Positions 43,004 through 52,352 of a DNA stretch of 64,000 nucleotides are shown here, in pieces (position 1 is the stretch's first letter; every line of letters starts with the position of its first letter). The DNA is from a virus (taxonomy: Duplodnaviria > Caudoviricetes). The stretch lies in IMG/VR virus record IMGVR_UViG_3300021400_001341, positions 44,027-108,026 of that record; one strand, given 5' to 3'. A program made the position numbers and the translations under genes. The notes under the pieces were generated by a model. The model did no database searches and was not told where the DNA came from. It saw only the letters and a program-made list of their open reading frames with translations.

Positions 43004-45823
43004 TTATGTCCTTCCGAAGCGTAATGCCAAGGAAATAATACGTTCTGACTCCTCCTCTTTTTTCTTGCGGTATCTTCTGCTGTCGTAGTCTTTCTTGATG
43101 CTTTCTCTGTGTTTCTTTTGACATGATTCACATCTGCATTGACGCGAATTCAGTCGTTCAAATGTTTTTCCACAGTCTTCACACTCAAAGAAACCATGAG
43201 AAGTCTTAATACATACATGATTGGTGTCCCACGATGGAACTCTTGACTTGCAGTCAGGGCAGATATCACAAGATATTAAATTGCGTTTTATATTCTGAAG
43301 AGCTATATCTCCATACACTCTCCAGAACATTTGTTTATGTGCGGCTTTATCAACATTTTCTCCGGCAAATAAATACTTCACAATATATGGATATGATTTT
43401 TCGAGCGGGCCAAACGCCTCTCTCATTTCCTGCGCAATCATTTCAGCAAGAAGTTCGTAACCGGCTATCTGTTCGCGTTCATTGATGTATGGAAGATCTT
43501 GAGATTCAATTACGTTTGAAATATTTATATTATCGAATTCGCAGAACAGTTGCGGAATTTCTGGTCTTATTACAACGCATGGTTCTGATATCAACATCTT
43601 CCAATTGAACTTTAAAATACCGGCATAATTCAAATCTATATTTCCAATATCTGTAAACGATGCGCAAATTCTATTCATTGTCGATGCGTTTGGCTTTGCA
43701 TAGTTTTTCTTAGGTTTTCCAGGTTCTTGTTTTCTTCCGTTTCTGCTAAATTGAAAAAAGTATGGTTGTCTTCCATGCTTTCCGCCGACGGCTTTGCTAA
43801 TTCTTTTTGCAACTTCTGGATATTTTTCATATGTATTAATCAATCCTGATTTCGCGCCGTCTATGACTTGATTGTTGTAGTATGTAAGCCAAGCTGCAGC
43901 CAGCCTGTCTGGCTTATCTCTATTCCACAATCTTGTCAGCATGTTGGATATTTCTCCAATTCCTGAACAGTCATGTGCTCTCTTAAGCCCATGAAACTGT
44001 CCTTCCTTTGAAATAACTTCAGGAGCAGCTTTATTTGCGTCATAAAATAGAGGGACAACATCGTATTTATTTATGTTTCTTTCCGCTATCTCTACTATTA
44101 GGGGATCTACGACAACATTTAGCTGGTCTCCATCGTTATCAAACTGAAGAATTCTTGAAATTAAATCATGACATGATGTATAAACACCATTTGTATAGAA
44201 CCATTCATATACATTGTTATCATGACATATATTTCGCACTGCATGCTCCATATATAAGTGAGGAGAACGCAGCACATCGGCTTTATCCTGTCTGCGGAAT
44301 ATCAAACATGCAATTTCGCCGTTTTTTAGCAAGCCTTGGGGATGTTCCTGCTTGAGGAACCAGTGCTCGCATGCTGCATACATGTCCGGTATTGCAAACA
44401 ATCTTTTGTTGTTTGTTTTTATTTTTCCTGATTTAGCGTCATACAACATTCGTTTTCGAATGTCTTTGAGCTGATTTCTGGTATACGCTTCTCTTAACAA
44501 CTCTGGATATAAAGCAAGAGCCGCCTTATAAGGCGACTCCGAAAGCTCGTTTGCGTGAAGCGTTCGCAACATTGCGTCTTTGTTTTTTGCTAAATTGCTT
44601 ATTCGATCATGCTCTCTGTGCGTAAACCTGTTTATTTCATCGTCAGTCATATCTTCCAGTGTTTGCAGAATCTGATAGTTTGTATATGTTTCTTCAATGT
44701 CTTCTTCTTCATATTGTGTTTTACAGAACCTTGCTCCACACTTTTTAAAGTTGTCTTTATATTCCTTCCATGTCTCATAGTATTTCCACATTTTAAACTG
44801 ACTTGTTGTAAATACAATCTGGATATTTTCTTTTTCAAGATCGTGCTCTAAACCCCAAGCGTCAGTTAAGACAGGCAGAATGTTATGAAATTTACAAAAC
44901 CGCATATAGTCGAATGAAGCAAGAAGTCCTTTAAACCATGGGCCACGAATCATGAAATTACTTCTTGATACGGCCGGAAGCATCATACCGCAGCCATCTG
45001 TATGATCAATCACAACAGTTCTTATATCTGTTTCACAGCTATAGTCAGATTTGATATACATCATTCGGTCTGTAACTTCACCTTCAAATTCAGGTATTAC
45101 AATACATCGATCTATATCAAAATCCGTCCATTCGTCTGAGGCTGAACTTGATAGCGCTACATACGCAAGATATTTGTTTACGTTCGCACCAGACTTTTCG
45201 TTAATTTTATCCCATGATAATCCGCATTCCAGTCTTTCATGAATCTTGTTCCACATATCATCAGACATAAATACACATTTATCTCTTCTGAGTTGCCCGC
45301 TGGACGCAGTAAAACATCTGTAGTGTTTATTCGATACCGTACCGTCAGGATTTAAAATCGGAAAATAAAAGCCATCAAGAACAAGCTGCTGTAGCACATC
45401 TGCAGACTTCCATTTAATCACGATTTTATCAAATGTATAATCAAGATGCGATAATCCCATTGCTCTTGATAGCTCTGATGAAAATTCTGTTATTTTCTTT
45501 GAAAACTTTAATGTTTTCCACGTTGCTCCTTCGGGAAATGGTTCGCTGTCTTTTTTATTGTATAAAATACTTTTCAGTCGTACTGTTCTTGGTTTACCGC
45601 TATGGAGTTTGACGAGTGCAACCAGCTTGTCGACGGCATCTTTCTTTTGTTTTTTTAACCAAGGAACTTTTTCGTTTGCAGGATCTTTATCCGCAAGTCG
45701 GTTAAGTTCATTCTTTGCTTCTACGATTTTCATATACAGATCATATTCCTGATCTGTAAACAAATCATAGTTAGTCAGCGACACCAGTCTGATTTGATTT
45801 TTCAGATAGCTCTTATCTGACAT
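43004..45823 (-). CDS. YonO-like single-subunit RNA polymerase (cellular RdRP superfamily)
   Basis: ASSGQLR, HTDGCG, IRGPWFKG, RSPHL, QFDNDGD, VIDGAKSG. Confidence 0.85.
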   Translation of the reverse strand: MSDKSYLKNQIRLVSLTNYDLFTDQEYDLYMKIVEAKNELNRLADKDPANEKVPWLKKQKKDAVDKLVALVKLHSGKPRTVRLKSILYNKKDSEPFPEGATWKTLKFSKKITEFSSELSRAMGLSHLDYTFDKIVIKWKSADVLQQLVLDGFYFPILNPDGTVSNKHYRCFTASSGQLRRDKCVFMSDDMWNKIHERLECGLSWDKINEKSGANVNKYLAYVALSSSASDEWTDFDIDRCIVIPEFEGEVTDRMMYIKSDYSCETDIRTVVIDHTDGCGMMLPAVSRSNFMIRGPWFKGLLASFDYMRFCKFHNILPVLTDAWGLEHDLEKENIQIVFTTSQFKMWKYYETWKEYKDNFKKCGARFCKTQYEEEDIEETYTNYQILQTLEDMTDDEINRFTHREHDRISNLAKNKDAMLRTLHANELSESPYKAALALYPELLREAYTRNQLKDIRKRMLYDAKSGKIKTNNKRLFAIPDMYAACEHWFLKQEHPQGLLKNGEIACLIFRRQDKADVLRSPHLYMEHAVRNICHDNNVYEWFYTNGVYTSCHDLISRILQFDNDGDQLNVVVDPLIVEIAERNINKYDVVPLFYDANKAAPEVISKEGQFHGLKRAHDCSGIGEISNMLTRLWNRDKPDRLAAAWLTYYNNQVIDGAKSGLINTYEKYPEVAKRISKAVGGKHGRQPYFFQFSRNGRKQEPGKPKKNYAKPNASTMNRICASFTDIGNIDLNYAGILKFNWKMLISEPCVVIRPEIPQLFCEFDNINISNVIESQDLPYINEREQIAGYELLAEMIAQEMREAFGPLEKSYPYIVKYLFAGENVDKAAHKQMFWRVYGDIALQNIKRNLISCDICPDCKSRVPSWDTNHVCIKTSHGFFECEDCGKTFERLNSRQCRCESCQKKHRESIKKDYDSRRYRKKKEEESERIISLALRFGRT

Positions 45824-45890
45824 CGTCCTCCTCCTTTACCGTAATGTTTCAATTTCAAATGATCTTCTTTTAAAACGAACGGTGTTCCTT

Positions 45891-45921
45891 TCCTATATAT
45901 CTATTCTCGAATGGTGGAATT
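45891..45921 (-). promoter_or_regulatory. Motif B putative phage promoter (AATTCCACCATTCGAGAAT-N3-TATATAGGA)
   Basis: 28/31 identical to 57978-58008; follows a terminator and precedes the RNAP gene. Confidence 0.65.
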
Positions 45922-45937
45922 ATGTTTTATCAAATAT

Positions 45938-45974
45938 AAAAAAATACGGGCACCGCTGTCTGGCGGCACCCGCA
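45938..45974 (-). terminator. Intrinsic terminator closing the Ubl-RT-ncRNA operon
   Basis: CGGGTGCCGC/GCGGTGCCCG stem plus U tract. Confidence 0.8.
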
Positions 45975-45981
45975 TAGTTCC

Positions 45982-46292
45982 TCTGTATCGCCGCAATCTA
46001 AATACGAAGTATTTAAGAAACGGAGCTTGCGATCCTTGAGTTCCTGAAATTGATTTCAGGAACGAAATGATAAAAGCTCCGTTTCTATCAGCGGATGCTG
46101 GACGGTGGCGACGTTGACGTCGCACACGGTCCGAGCAGTAGCGTAGCGAATGCGGGTTTAAGGCGCCTGTTCTGGGTTTCAACCCATGAACGTGGCGCCT
46201 ATGCCTGCAGAGCGTTAGCATAACCATATCATTATTCTTTCGATGACAGCAAAAGAGTTCTATATAGAACACCTCATTGCTTTAGATACAGA
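45982..46292 (-). ncRNA. Retron msr-msd-like ncRNA #3 (directly downstream of RT)
   Basis: Interrupted IR 45982-45997/46276-46292; G 46275 opposite G 45998; triloop hairpin 46236-46256; hairpins 46016-46086, 46096-46137 and 46161-46200. Confidence 0.8.
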
Positions 46293-47432
46293 TTAGATTT
46301 TCCCAGAAATATAAGCTTTCATCATTGTTTTGACGTCAACGCCCCATTTCATATTTGCTTTGTCGACAACCATTTTGAAATAGTCTGGCTCAATTTGCAT
46401 ATACCAGTTCATTTCACCATGAAGGTGCTGAACATCTCCGAGCTCCCAATATTTCTTGTTCTTTGTATCGAGAATAAACGAACATAATGCCGCCTTAAAA
46501 TATTTCTTTGCACGATATCCTACAGTGATATCAAAATTCCCATTTAGCATCATGCCAAGCATCCAGTTCTGGCCTTTGAACGAGCCGAAATGCGTTTTCT
46601 CGTCTTTGATTGTATACGGCGCATCAAACTCTTTAAATGTATCAATCATGAATTTGACAACATTCTTATATGGAAATCTTTCCTCTGCAGAAATATGAGT
46701 ATCGTCGGCATATCTTGTGTAAACCATTTTCCGTTTTGCAAATTCGTTTGCCAGCTTAAAATCAATAGGAATAAAGATCATATTCGTAAGAGTCGGACTT
46801 AATGGAGATCCTTGTGGCAATGCTCCGTTAAGGAACCCTAAAGAAAGAGCTTTCTTCAGTTCTTCTTTTCCGTCTTTGTCTTTAATTATTTCAGACAACG
46901 GAAATACCATTGACAGCATTTTCATAGTAAAATCAAGAGTTGTCGATGGAAAGAATCCTGACAGATCGGTTTTCAGATACCACTGAGACTTTGCTCTTAC
47001 GTGTTTCTTAGCAACGTCTTGTACGCATCTGCCAGGGATGTATGCATACGCAGATGTATGATATAAAACGCCGCATGTATCAGTTAGAATTGCCGATAAT
47101 CTGGACATAGCGTGTTTTAATTCATCGCATGGCGCATCTATCCGTCTGAATCCACCAGTCGCCTTAGGAATATAGAATGTTGTGTACATTGAGGATCTTT
47201 CTTTTTCGAATAAATGTTTACAATCCTCATTGAACCGTTTAAACTCGTGTATCATTTGAGATACGTTTATCTTATTCATAATATCGTAAGGAATAAACGC
47301 CATTTGTTTGGTTATAGTCGCAGAAGAATCAGATTCAACATTTAATTGATTTGGATTTACGGTTTCAAATAATACGTCTTCCCATTTCAGTTGTTTTGGT
47401 TTTCTATGTTGTTTTACAGTTACATAAATCAT
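46293..47432 (-). CDS. Retron-type reverse transcriptase
   Basis: YTTFYIPKATGGFRRIDAP, AYAY...VAKKH (region X-like), KTDLSGFFPS, LPQGSPLSP, YTRYADD, MLG (VTG-like). Confidence 0.9.
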   Translation of the reverse strand: MIYVTVKQHRKPKQLKWEDVLFETVNPNQLNVESDSSATITKQMAFIPYDIMNKINVSQMIHEFKRFNEDCKHLFEKERSSMYTTFYIPKATGGFRRIDAPCDELKHAMSRLSAILTDTCGVLYHTSAYAYIPGRCVQDVAKKHVRAKSQWYLKTDLSGFFPSTTLDFTMKMLSMVFPLSEIIKDKDGKEELKKALSLGFLNGALPQGSPLSPTLTNMIFIPIDFKLANEFAKRKMVYTRYADDTHISAEERFPYKNVVKFMIDTFKEFDAPYTIKDEKTHFGSFKGQNWMLGMMLNGNFDITVGYRAKKYFKAALCSFILDTKNKKYWELGDVQHLHGEMNWYMQIEPDYFKMVVDKANMKWGVDVKTMMKAYISGKI

Positions 47433-47445
47433 TATAATCTTCCTC

Positions 47446-47780
47446 GCGTAATCTAAAAATAATTGAAGGCGTTTAAGCTTGCAGGGACCCAGTCTATTTA
47501 TATTCGAGTTTAAGAGTATATTTATTGAAGTATAATGAATGTTAGTGTAAGTTTCACGACTTGTACGAGATTTGGTCTATAAATATAGTACTTCTTTTGG
47601 AACTTGATTTTATTAATTTTCTTGTTTTGATGTGAAAACGCGTTAAGTTCCAGCTTTACCCGAGTTAATAGATCCAGGGAACAGCAGCCGGCGCCTACAG
47701 CCAGCGATTATTCGCTGAGCAAGGCTATACAGCTCATTACATAAACTGCTTGATAGATAACTATCAGAACGACATTACGC
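47446..47780 (-). ncRNA. Retron msr-msd-like ncRNA #4 (between E1 and RT)
   Basis: 7-bp IR 47446-47452/47774-47780; G 47773 opposite G 47453; hairpin UGAUAG/CUAUCA; 8-bp GUA-triloop hairpin 47730-47748. Confidence 0.68.
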
Positions 47781-47781
47781 A

Positions 47782-48468
47782 TTAAATTTCTTCGAGCATA
47801 AAATTAAAGGCATCCATAATCATTGCCTGTTTTAATTCATGCTTTTTGACAAAGTTAATAAAGTTACATACTCCAACGTTGCACACCATGCGAACGGTCG
47901 GAGCAACACAAAGACTTACCCTGCAAGCCGACATCGGAACAGCTTTTTGAGCTTCTTCGTGTGTGAAATCCATAGTATTTAACAAGGCTTTCTTATGAGA
48001 CATATCTGACCAGTCAGCAGCATAATGCTGAGCATCTGTTAAACCTGTTCTAAAATCAAACATAGCTTTTATTGAATCGTTGAATTTATTTTCAGTAACG
48101 ATCTTTCTTCGCAGTTCAATATTGTCTACACACAGAAACACATACCCATATAGTTTTTCTCCTTGCCATCCTTCGCCAAATAGCTCAAGACATTCAGTAA
48201 GGTCTTTACGGTCTTCTTCTGGGACAATGCGGATCAGATTGTTAGCTACACATTCAACTTTAGGTTTATACAGATCATCACCTGTAAACATCTGATTGAC
48301 CAGATTCCTGTCTTCTACGACGTCAAAGTCGTATAAAGAAATATTTTTCAGGCCAAACCGAATCAGCAGTTCAGCCACAGTAGATCCTACAGAACCGCAC
48401 CCAATAATATGGATGCGGTCTGTAAATTCATCAGGGTTAAAAAAATCAAAAGATTTGCTTAAGTTCAA
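47782..48468 (-). CDS. ThiF/E1-like adenylyltransferase
   Basis: IIGCGSVGS, YDFDVVE..NL.NQ, CVDN, DFR; candidate catalytic Cys in PMSAC. Confidence 0.9.
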   Translation of the reverse strand: MNLSKSFDFFNPDEFTDRIHIIGCGSVGSTVAELLIRFGLKNISLYDFDVVEDRNLVNQMFTGDDLYKPKVECVANNLIRIVPEEDRKDLTECLELFGEGWQGEKLYGYVFLCVDNIELRRKIVTENKFNDSIKAMFDFRTGLTDAQHYAADWSDMSHKKALLNTMDFTHEEAQKAVPMSACRVSLCVAPTVRMVCNVGVCNFINFVKKHELKQAMIMDAFNFMLEEI

Positions 48469-48471
48469 TTG

Positions 48472-49317
48472 TTAATCCCACCCTTCATGTCCAAAACCGT
48501 CACACCAGTACCACGCTTTACCTTCTGGCTTTTCTTCTTCTTCCTTTTTTTTATCAGCTTTCTTGTCTTTTTGGCCAGCAAAATCTTCAAATGTTTTGAC
48601 TTTGCTTTCGCCATAATATCCTGAATAACCGTAATATGAGGTTTGATTACCTCCTGAATAAGTCATGCTTGTAACTTTATCTTTCAGACTGTTAATAAAT
48701 TCTGTGATAGATCCGAACTCATCATCTTCTACAATAACTTCAATGTCATTTTTATCATAGAAAAGGTTATTATCCAGATCATATAGGAACGAGTTGATAT
48801 CAAGTGATTTATTCCATATCTGAAATAGATAAAAGCCTTTTCCACCCATATTTTTTACTGTAGAAGCCTGATTCTCCAGATCTACAGAAGACGGGCTTGT
48901 CGACATGTTTACATGAGAATGAGCCTGAAAATGCAGGAACTCTGCCTGCTCATCACTTAAAGTTTCATAGAATTCAATCATGTCGTCATCATCAGTTACA
49001 ACGCGACCACCAGATACTTTCTGGTTACAGACGATGATGTCGTATACTTGAAACTTTTTTGCGTCCAGCCTACGAATCAAACCATACCATCCAATCTCTG
49101 AAGAATAGTTCTTCACCATCTCCAGACACCGCAGATATGCCTGCGGAGTAAACTGAATGATCATCTTTTCTTTAGCTTTTACAGAAAAGCTCTGTTCATA
49201 TGTAAACTTTGATTCATTGATATTAAACTCATAATCATCTAAAGCTTTAATAAACTCTTTTACCATTCCATTAAGCAGAGTTTCTTTAGCTTGCTTACTT
49301 AGTGTTATCGGTTTCAT
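48472..49317 (-). CDS. JAB/MPN+ metallo-isopeptidase
   Basis: EIGW ... HSHVNMSTSPSSVD (E-HxH-x7-S-x2-D). Confidence 0.85.
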   Translation of the reverse strand: MKPITLSKQAKETLLNGMVKEFIKALDDYEFNINESKFTYEQSFSVKAKEKMIIQFTPQAYLRCLEMVKNYSSEIGWYGLIRRLDAKKFQVYDIIVCNQKVSGGRVVTDDDDMIEFYETLSDEQAEFLHFQAHSHVNMSTSPSSVDLENQASTVKNMGGKGFYLFQIWNKSLDINSFLYDLDNNLFYDKNDIEVIVEDDEFGSITEFINSLKDKVTSMTYSGGNQTSYYGYSGYYGESKVKTFEDFAGQKDKKADKKKEEEEKPEGKAWYWCDGFGHEGWD

Positions 49318-49343
49318 ATAATTCTCCTTTTAGAACGGCATGA

Positions 49344-50792
49344 TTATTCCTGATCGTTCATGTTCTGCTTAGACAGCCACAAAAGCGCTTCTTCCGGTGT
49401 CATTGCAACGCCTTCATTGTTCTGGATAATCTTATTCTTTGAGGACAAAACTTCCTGAAGAAACGGCCTGAACGTGTACTCAGTTTCATCAATGTTCACA
49501 GATCCAATAGCCGCGATTGAACATTCGATTGCAGACATAATATCCGCTCTGCGTAAGCATTGAGAGATTTGCTCTCTGTTTCGTCCTGGACATCCATGAA
49601 TCTTGAAGTGCGGATTTGTAATATAGTTCTTCAACGACGGATTGTCTTCTGCGATCATCTGACCGCGCTGAGCGATCATATCGCACAGAGTAATCTTCAA
49701 TTCAATATAGCCTTTCATTCTGATATACAGCAAAGGCCTGCTATTGAAGATGTTATCCAACAGAAGCTTTCTTTTCGACTTGTCTCTGAATATGCTGTCT
49801 TCTGGTAATCTATAGCTGTCATAGATATTATATCTGCGAACAGCGTTATTCCACTTATTCAGATCGAAGTTTGTCAACAGATTATCCGCACAGAAACACA
49901 GAGTGCCGTCAATATACTGAATATCGTGAATCCTCGGACAACTGGACAGATAGTCAATAGCTTCCTGTTCTTCCTGATTTCGACCGTCGCTGTTGACAAC
50001 TTGAAGTCCTTCAAACTGAACAATAAGTTCGTTATATCTTTCCATCATATGGCGATAATCGCTCATAATGGTGTCAAGCCTATCGTTGACGTTATCGAGC
50101 TCCTGACGGCACCTGTCGATTCTTCCCTGCCTGAAACCCTTGAAACACTGAGTAAGCTCCTGACGAAGCAGATCTGCTTTCATATACTGGAGAACAGCAG
50201 AAGTCTTCTCAATAAAGTTTGTCGTTGTTTTATTTGTAAGACTTTTCAAAATTTCTGTTTCCTCTTTTGTAAGAGGATGAGTTTTGAATAAAGCCGGATA
50301 CAACAAAGGAATAAACGAGATTGATAAATGATAAAGCGCATATGAAGTGGAGTTCACCACCAAAAATGCTGCATTGTTTTCTGGATTAATAAACACGAGA
50401 TACGCAGAGTTATTAAGCTGTTGAGCTATAAAATTTTCAACTGAAATAAGCTCTTTCAATCCTATGTTTTTAGCGTGATCTCTTATTGCATTCAGATTAT
50501 TTGCACTAAGATTGACAAGCAAATAATAGAACGCAGGAATATTGTTGACGACTTCTTCGCTCGACTCTGAACGAACTCTGTTCCAGTCGTCAATACTGTT
50601 CAGTACGTCCTGTTCATTGGACGCATACAGATAAGCGCCCGTTATACCGTTATAGTTGTTTACTCTTGGTTTAATAAGTGCAGTAGCAAGACTAATGAGA
50701 GAAAAGTCAGGATCTTGCGCAACTCTCATTAAAGAATTTACATATGTTGTTGTCAGTGGAGCAATCGGATTAGAAATAGTTTGATTAAACAT
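49344..50792 (-). CDS. Coiled-coil protein with putative prokaryotic E2-like C-terminal domain
   Basis: NPHFKIHGCPG (His then Cys, as in E2 active sites); operon context. Confidence 0.5.
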   Translation of the reverse strand: MFNQTISNPIAPLTTTYVNSLMRVAQDPDFSLISLATALIKPRVNNYNGITGAYLYASNEQDVLNSIDDWNRVRSESSEEVVNNIPAFYYLLVNLSANNLNAIRDHAKNIGLKELISVENFIAQQLNNSAYLVFINPENNAAFLVVNSTSYALYHLSISFIPLLYPALFKTHPLTKEETEILKSLTNKTTTNFIEKTSAVLQYMKADLLRQELTQCFKGFRQGRIDRCRQELDNVNDRLDTIMSDYRHMMERYNELIVQFEGLQVVNSDGRNQEEQEAIDYLSSCPRIHDIQYIDGTLCFCADNLLTNFDLNKWNNAVRRYNIYDSYRLPEDSIFRDKSKRKLLLDNIFNSRPLLYIRMKGYIELKITLCDMIAQRGQMIAEDNPSLKNYITNPHFKIHGCPGRNREQISQCLRRADIMSAIECSIAAIGSVNIDETEYTFRPFLQEVLSSKNKIIQNNEGVAMTPEEALLWLSKQNMNDQE

Positions 50793-50855
50793 CTTATAAT
50801 CTCCTTCGAAAAAATAGGGGGAGGGATCACAGTCCTCTCCCCCGTCGGGTGGAGA

Positions 50856-51461
50856 TTACATCAGCGTAATAGCTTCACGAATCTCCTGTTCCTTGTTGTT
50901 TGCAGCTTCAATCTTCTCAGGCACTTTGCCTTCCAGTTCGTTCAGGCGAAGCAGAGCGGTACCCAGCTTGTCAGTCACAGCCTGAACCTTATCTTCTACG
51001 GCAGGATCAATTACGGTAGTAATAACAGCATATCCGTCATGATCAGCACGAGTGGAGAACACAGCGCCATTGTTGTTCAGCGACCCCATGTTCTCGTCAA
51101 TGGCAACCAGGAAAATGGGCTCATTGTCCTCGTTGTACAGGCCAAAGTCAGGTTCGAACTTCAGAACTTTCTTCCAGTCATCCAGCTTCACACCAGACTT
51201 GATAATGCACGCATCACCAGTCAGAATGATCTTTGCGGCATTGTCCATCTTCACGATAGAAGACATACGGCAGGTCTCTCCGACACCCAGTTCACGGAGG
51301 GTCTTGTTCAGGTCGCCAACGCGCAGCGGCACAGAGTCGATAGTGTTCGTGCAGGAGTCGTAATTGACGTCATTCTCTTCATAGATTTCACGAAGAGTCT
51401 TAGCCTCGCTGGCGATAACGGTTTTACGTCCTGCGTTAGTGATGAGGGTGATCTTTACCAT
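50856..51461 (-). CDS. Ubiquitin-like (beta-grasp) domain (aa 1-75) fused to a second domain
   Basis: Beta-beta-alpha-beta pattern with DLNKTLRELGV (cf. ubiquitin RTLSDYNI), ending ..IVKMDNA; operon with E1/JAB. Confidence 0.6.
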   Translation of the reverse strand: MVKITLITNAGRKTVIASEAKTLREIYEENDVNYDSCTNTIDSVPLRVGDLNKTLRELGVGETCRMSSIVKMDNAAKIILTGDACIIKSGVKLDDWKKVLKFEPDFGLYNEDNEPIFLVAIDENMGSLNNNGAVFSTRADHDGYAVITTVIDPAVEDKVQAVTDKLGTALLRLNELEGKVPEKIEAANNKEQEIREAITLM

Positions 51462-51607
51462 GGTTTTCTTCTCCTTTTAAAATGTAGTTTGGGAATGAGT
51501 AAACGGAACCGCCTCCAGATTTTCCAGAGGCGGCTCCAAGCGGTCATTTACGACGACCGTTGCCGAAAACAACATGCTCCCGCAAAGCCACAGCAAGCAT
51601 GAAATTT

Positions 51608-52114
51608 TTAAATTACCTGAATTCCGATAACAGACAGAAAGTCATTTCCTACAGCATTTTCCTTTTCTGCTGCAAGAGCTTCGGCTTCCTGTTGTTCCAT
51701 AATCTTCTTTTCCAGTTGTTCAAAGACAAGCCTGTCGTCTCCGTCTGTATCTGCGTATCCGTCTTCATCGTCTTCATCGTCTTCTTCATAGCAATAAACG
51801 TCATATCCGCAGATAAATACGCTTTCTCCGTTTCTTGCATGTTCAAGCGAGTAGCCGCAGTCTTCTTTTTCAGATTCTGCCCTATTCTCAGCCCAGTATC
51901 TAAGTTCATTCATATATCCATCGTAGTTTAATTCTTTTAAAACATCTGATGGGTTAAACTCGTATCCACAAACTTCTACTCTATCGCTATCGTCAAGATA
52001 TTCATCAAAACCTTCGGTGTCGTCTGTCCAATAATCTGTGGAAATACATGTTTCAAGTACATCATCAACATCATCATATCTTTGATCTGGGTCGTTGTTT
52101 ATCAGATAGTACAT
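51608..52114 (-). CDS. Highly acidic hypothetical protein
   Basis: RBS AAGGAGG; D/E-rich. Confidence 0.7.
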   Translation of the reverse strand: MYYLINNDPDQRYDDVDDVLETCISTDYWTDDTEGFDEYLDDSDRVEVCGYEFNPSDVLKELNYDGYMNELRYWAENRAESEKEDCGYSLEHARNGESVFICGYDVYCYEEDDEDDEDGYADTDGDDRLVFEQLEKKIMEQQEAEALAAEKENAVGNDFLSVIGIQVI

Positions 52115-52322
52115 AATTCCTCCTTGATAATATCGGAAGCCGCATGCTCCCCATTGCAAACGGCTCCCGTAGTCGAATATTCCGATCCGGAGATATGAAT
52201 CGGAAGGCAATTGTTAAAATAAAATTTGATTCATTTATATATGAAAATATTTAAAAACGATATATAAATTAACCATAGAGGTTTTACCATAGACGTTGTT
52301 TGTTTTTGTTAGATTAGCCAAG

Positions 52323-52352
52323 TCATTCGTATTTGCCAGGGCTTTAGCCCGG
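52323..52352 (-). promoter_or_regulatory. Motif A copy (CCGGGCTAAAGCCCTG-N5-TAC-N3-TGA)
   Basis: One of five fixed-spacing copies. Confidence 0.65.

Noticed and set aside
45901-46272. 123-aa ORF downstream of the RT as the retron effector
   Set aside because: Weak start, atypical composition, and runs through ncRNA#3 hairpins, a terminator and motif B.
46293-47432. RT as a diversity-generating retroelement targeting the LRR or tail fibre
   Set aside because: Motifs are retron-like (LPQGSPLSP, YADD) rather than DGR-like (LPIGNLxSQ, YxDD); no avd gene and no TR/VR pair differing at adenines was seen.
46293-47432. RT as a group II intron protein
   Set aside because: Only 379 aa, no maturase or endonuclease domain, no domain V/VI or GUGYG boundary seen.
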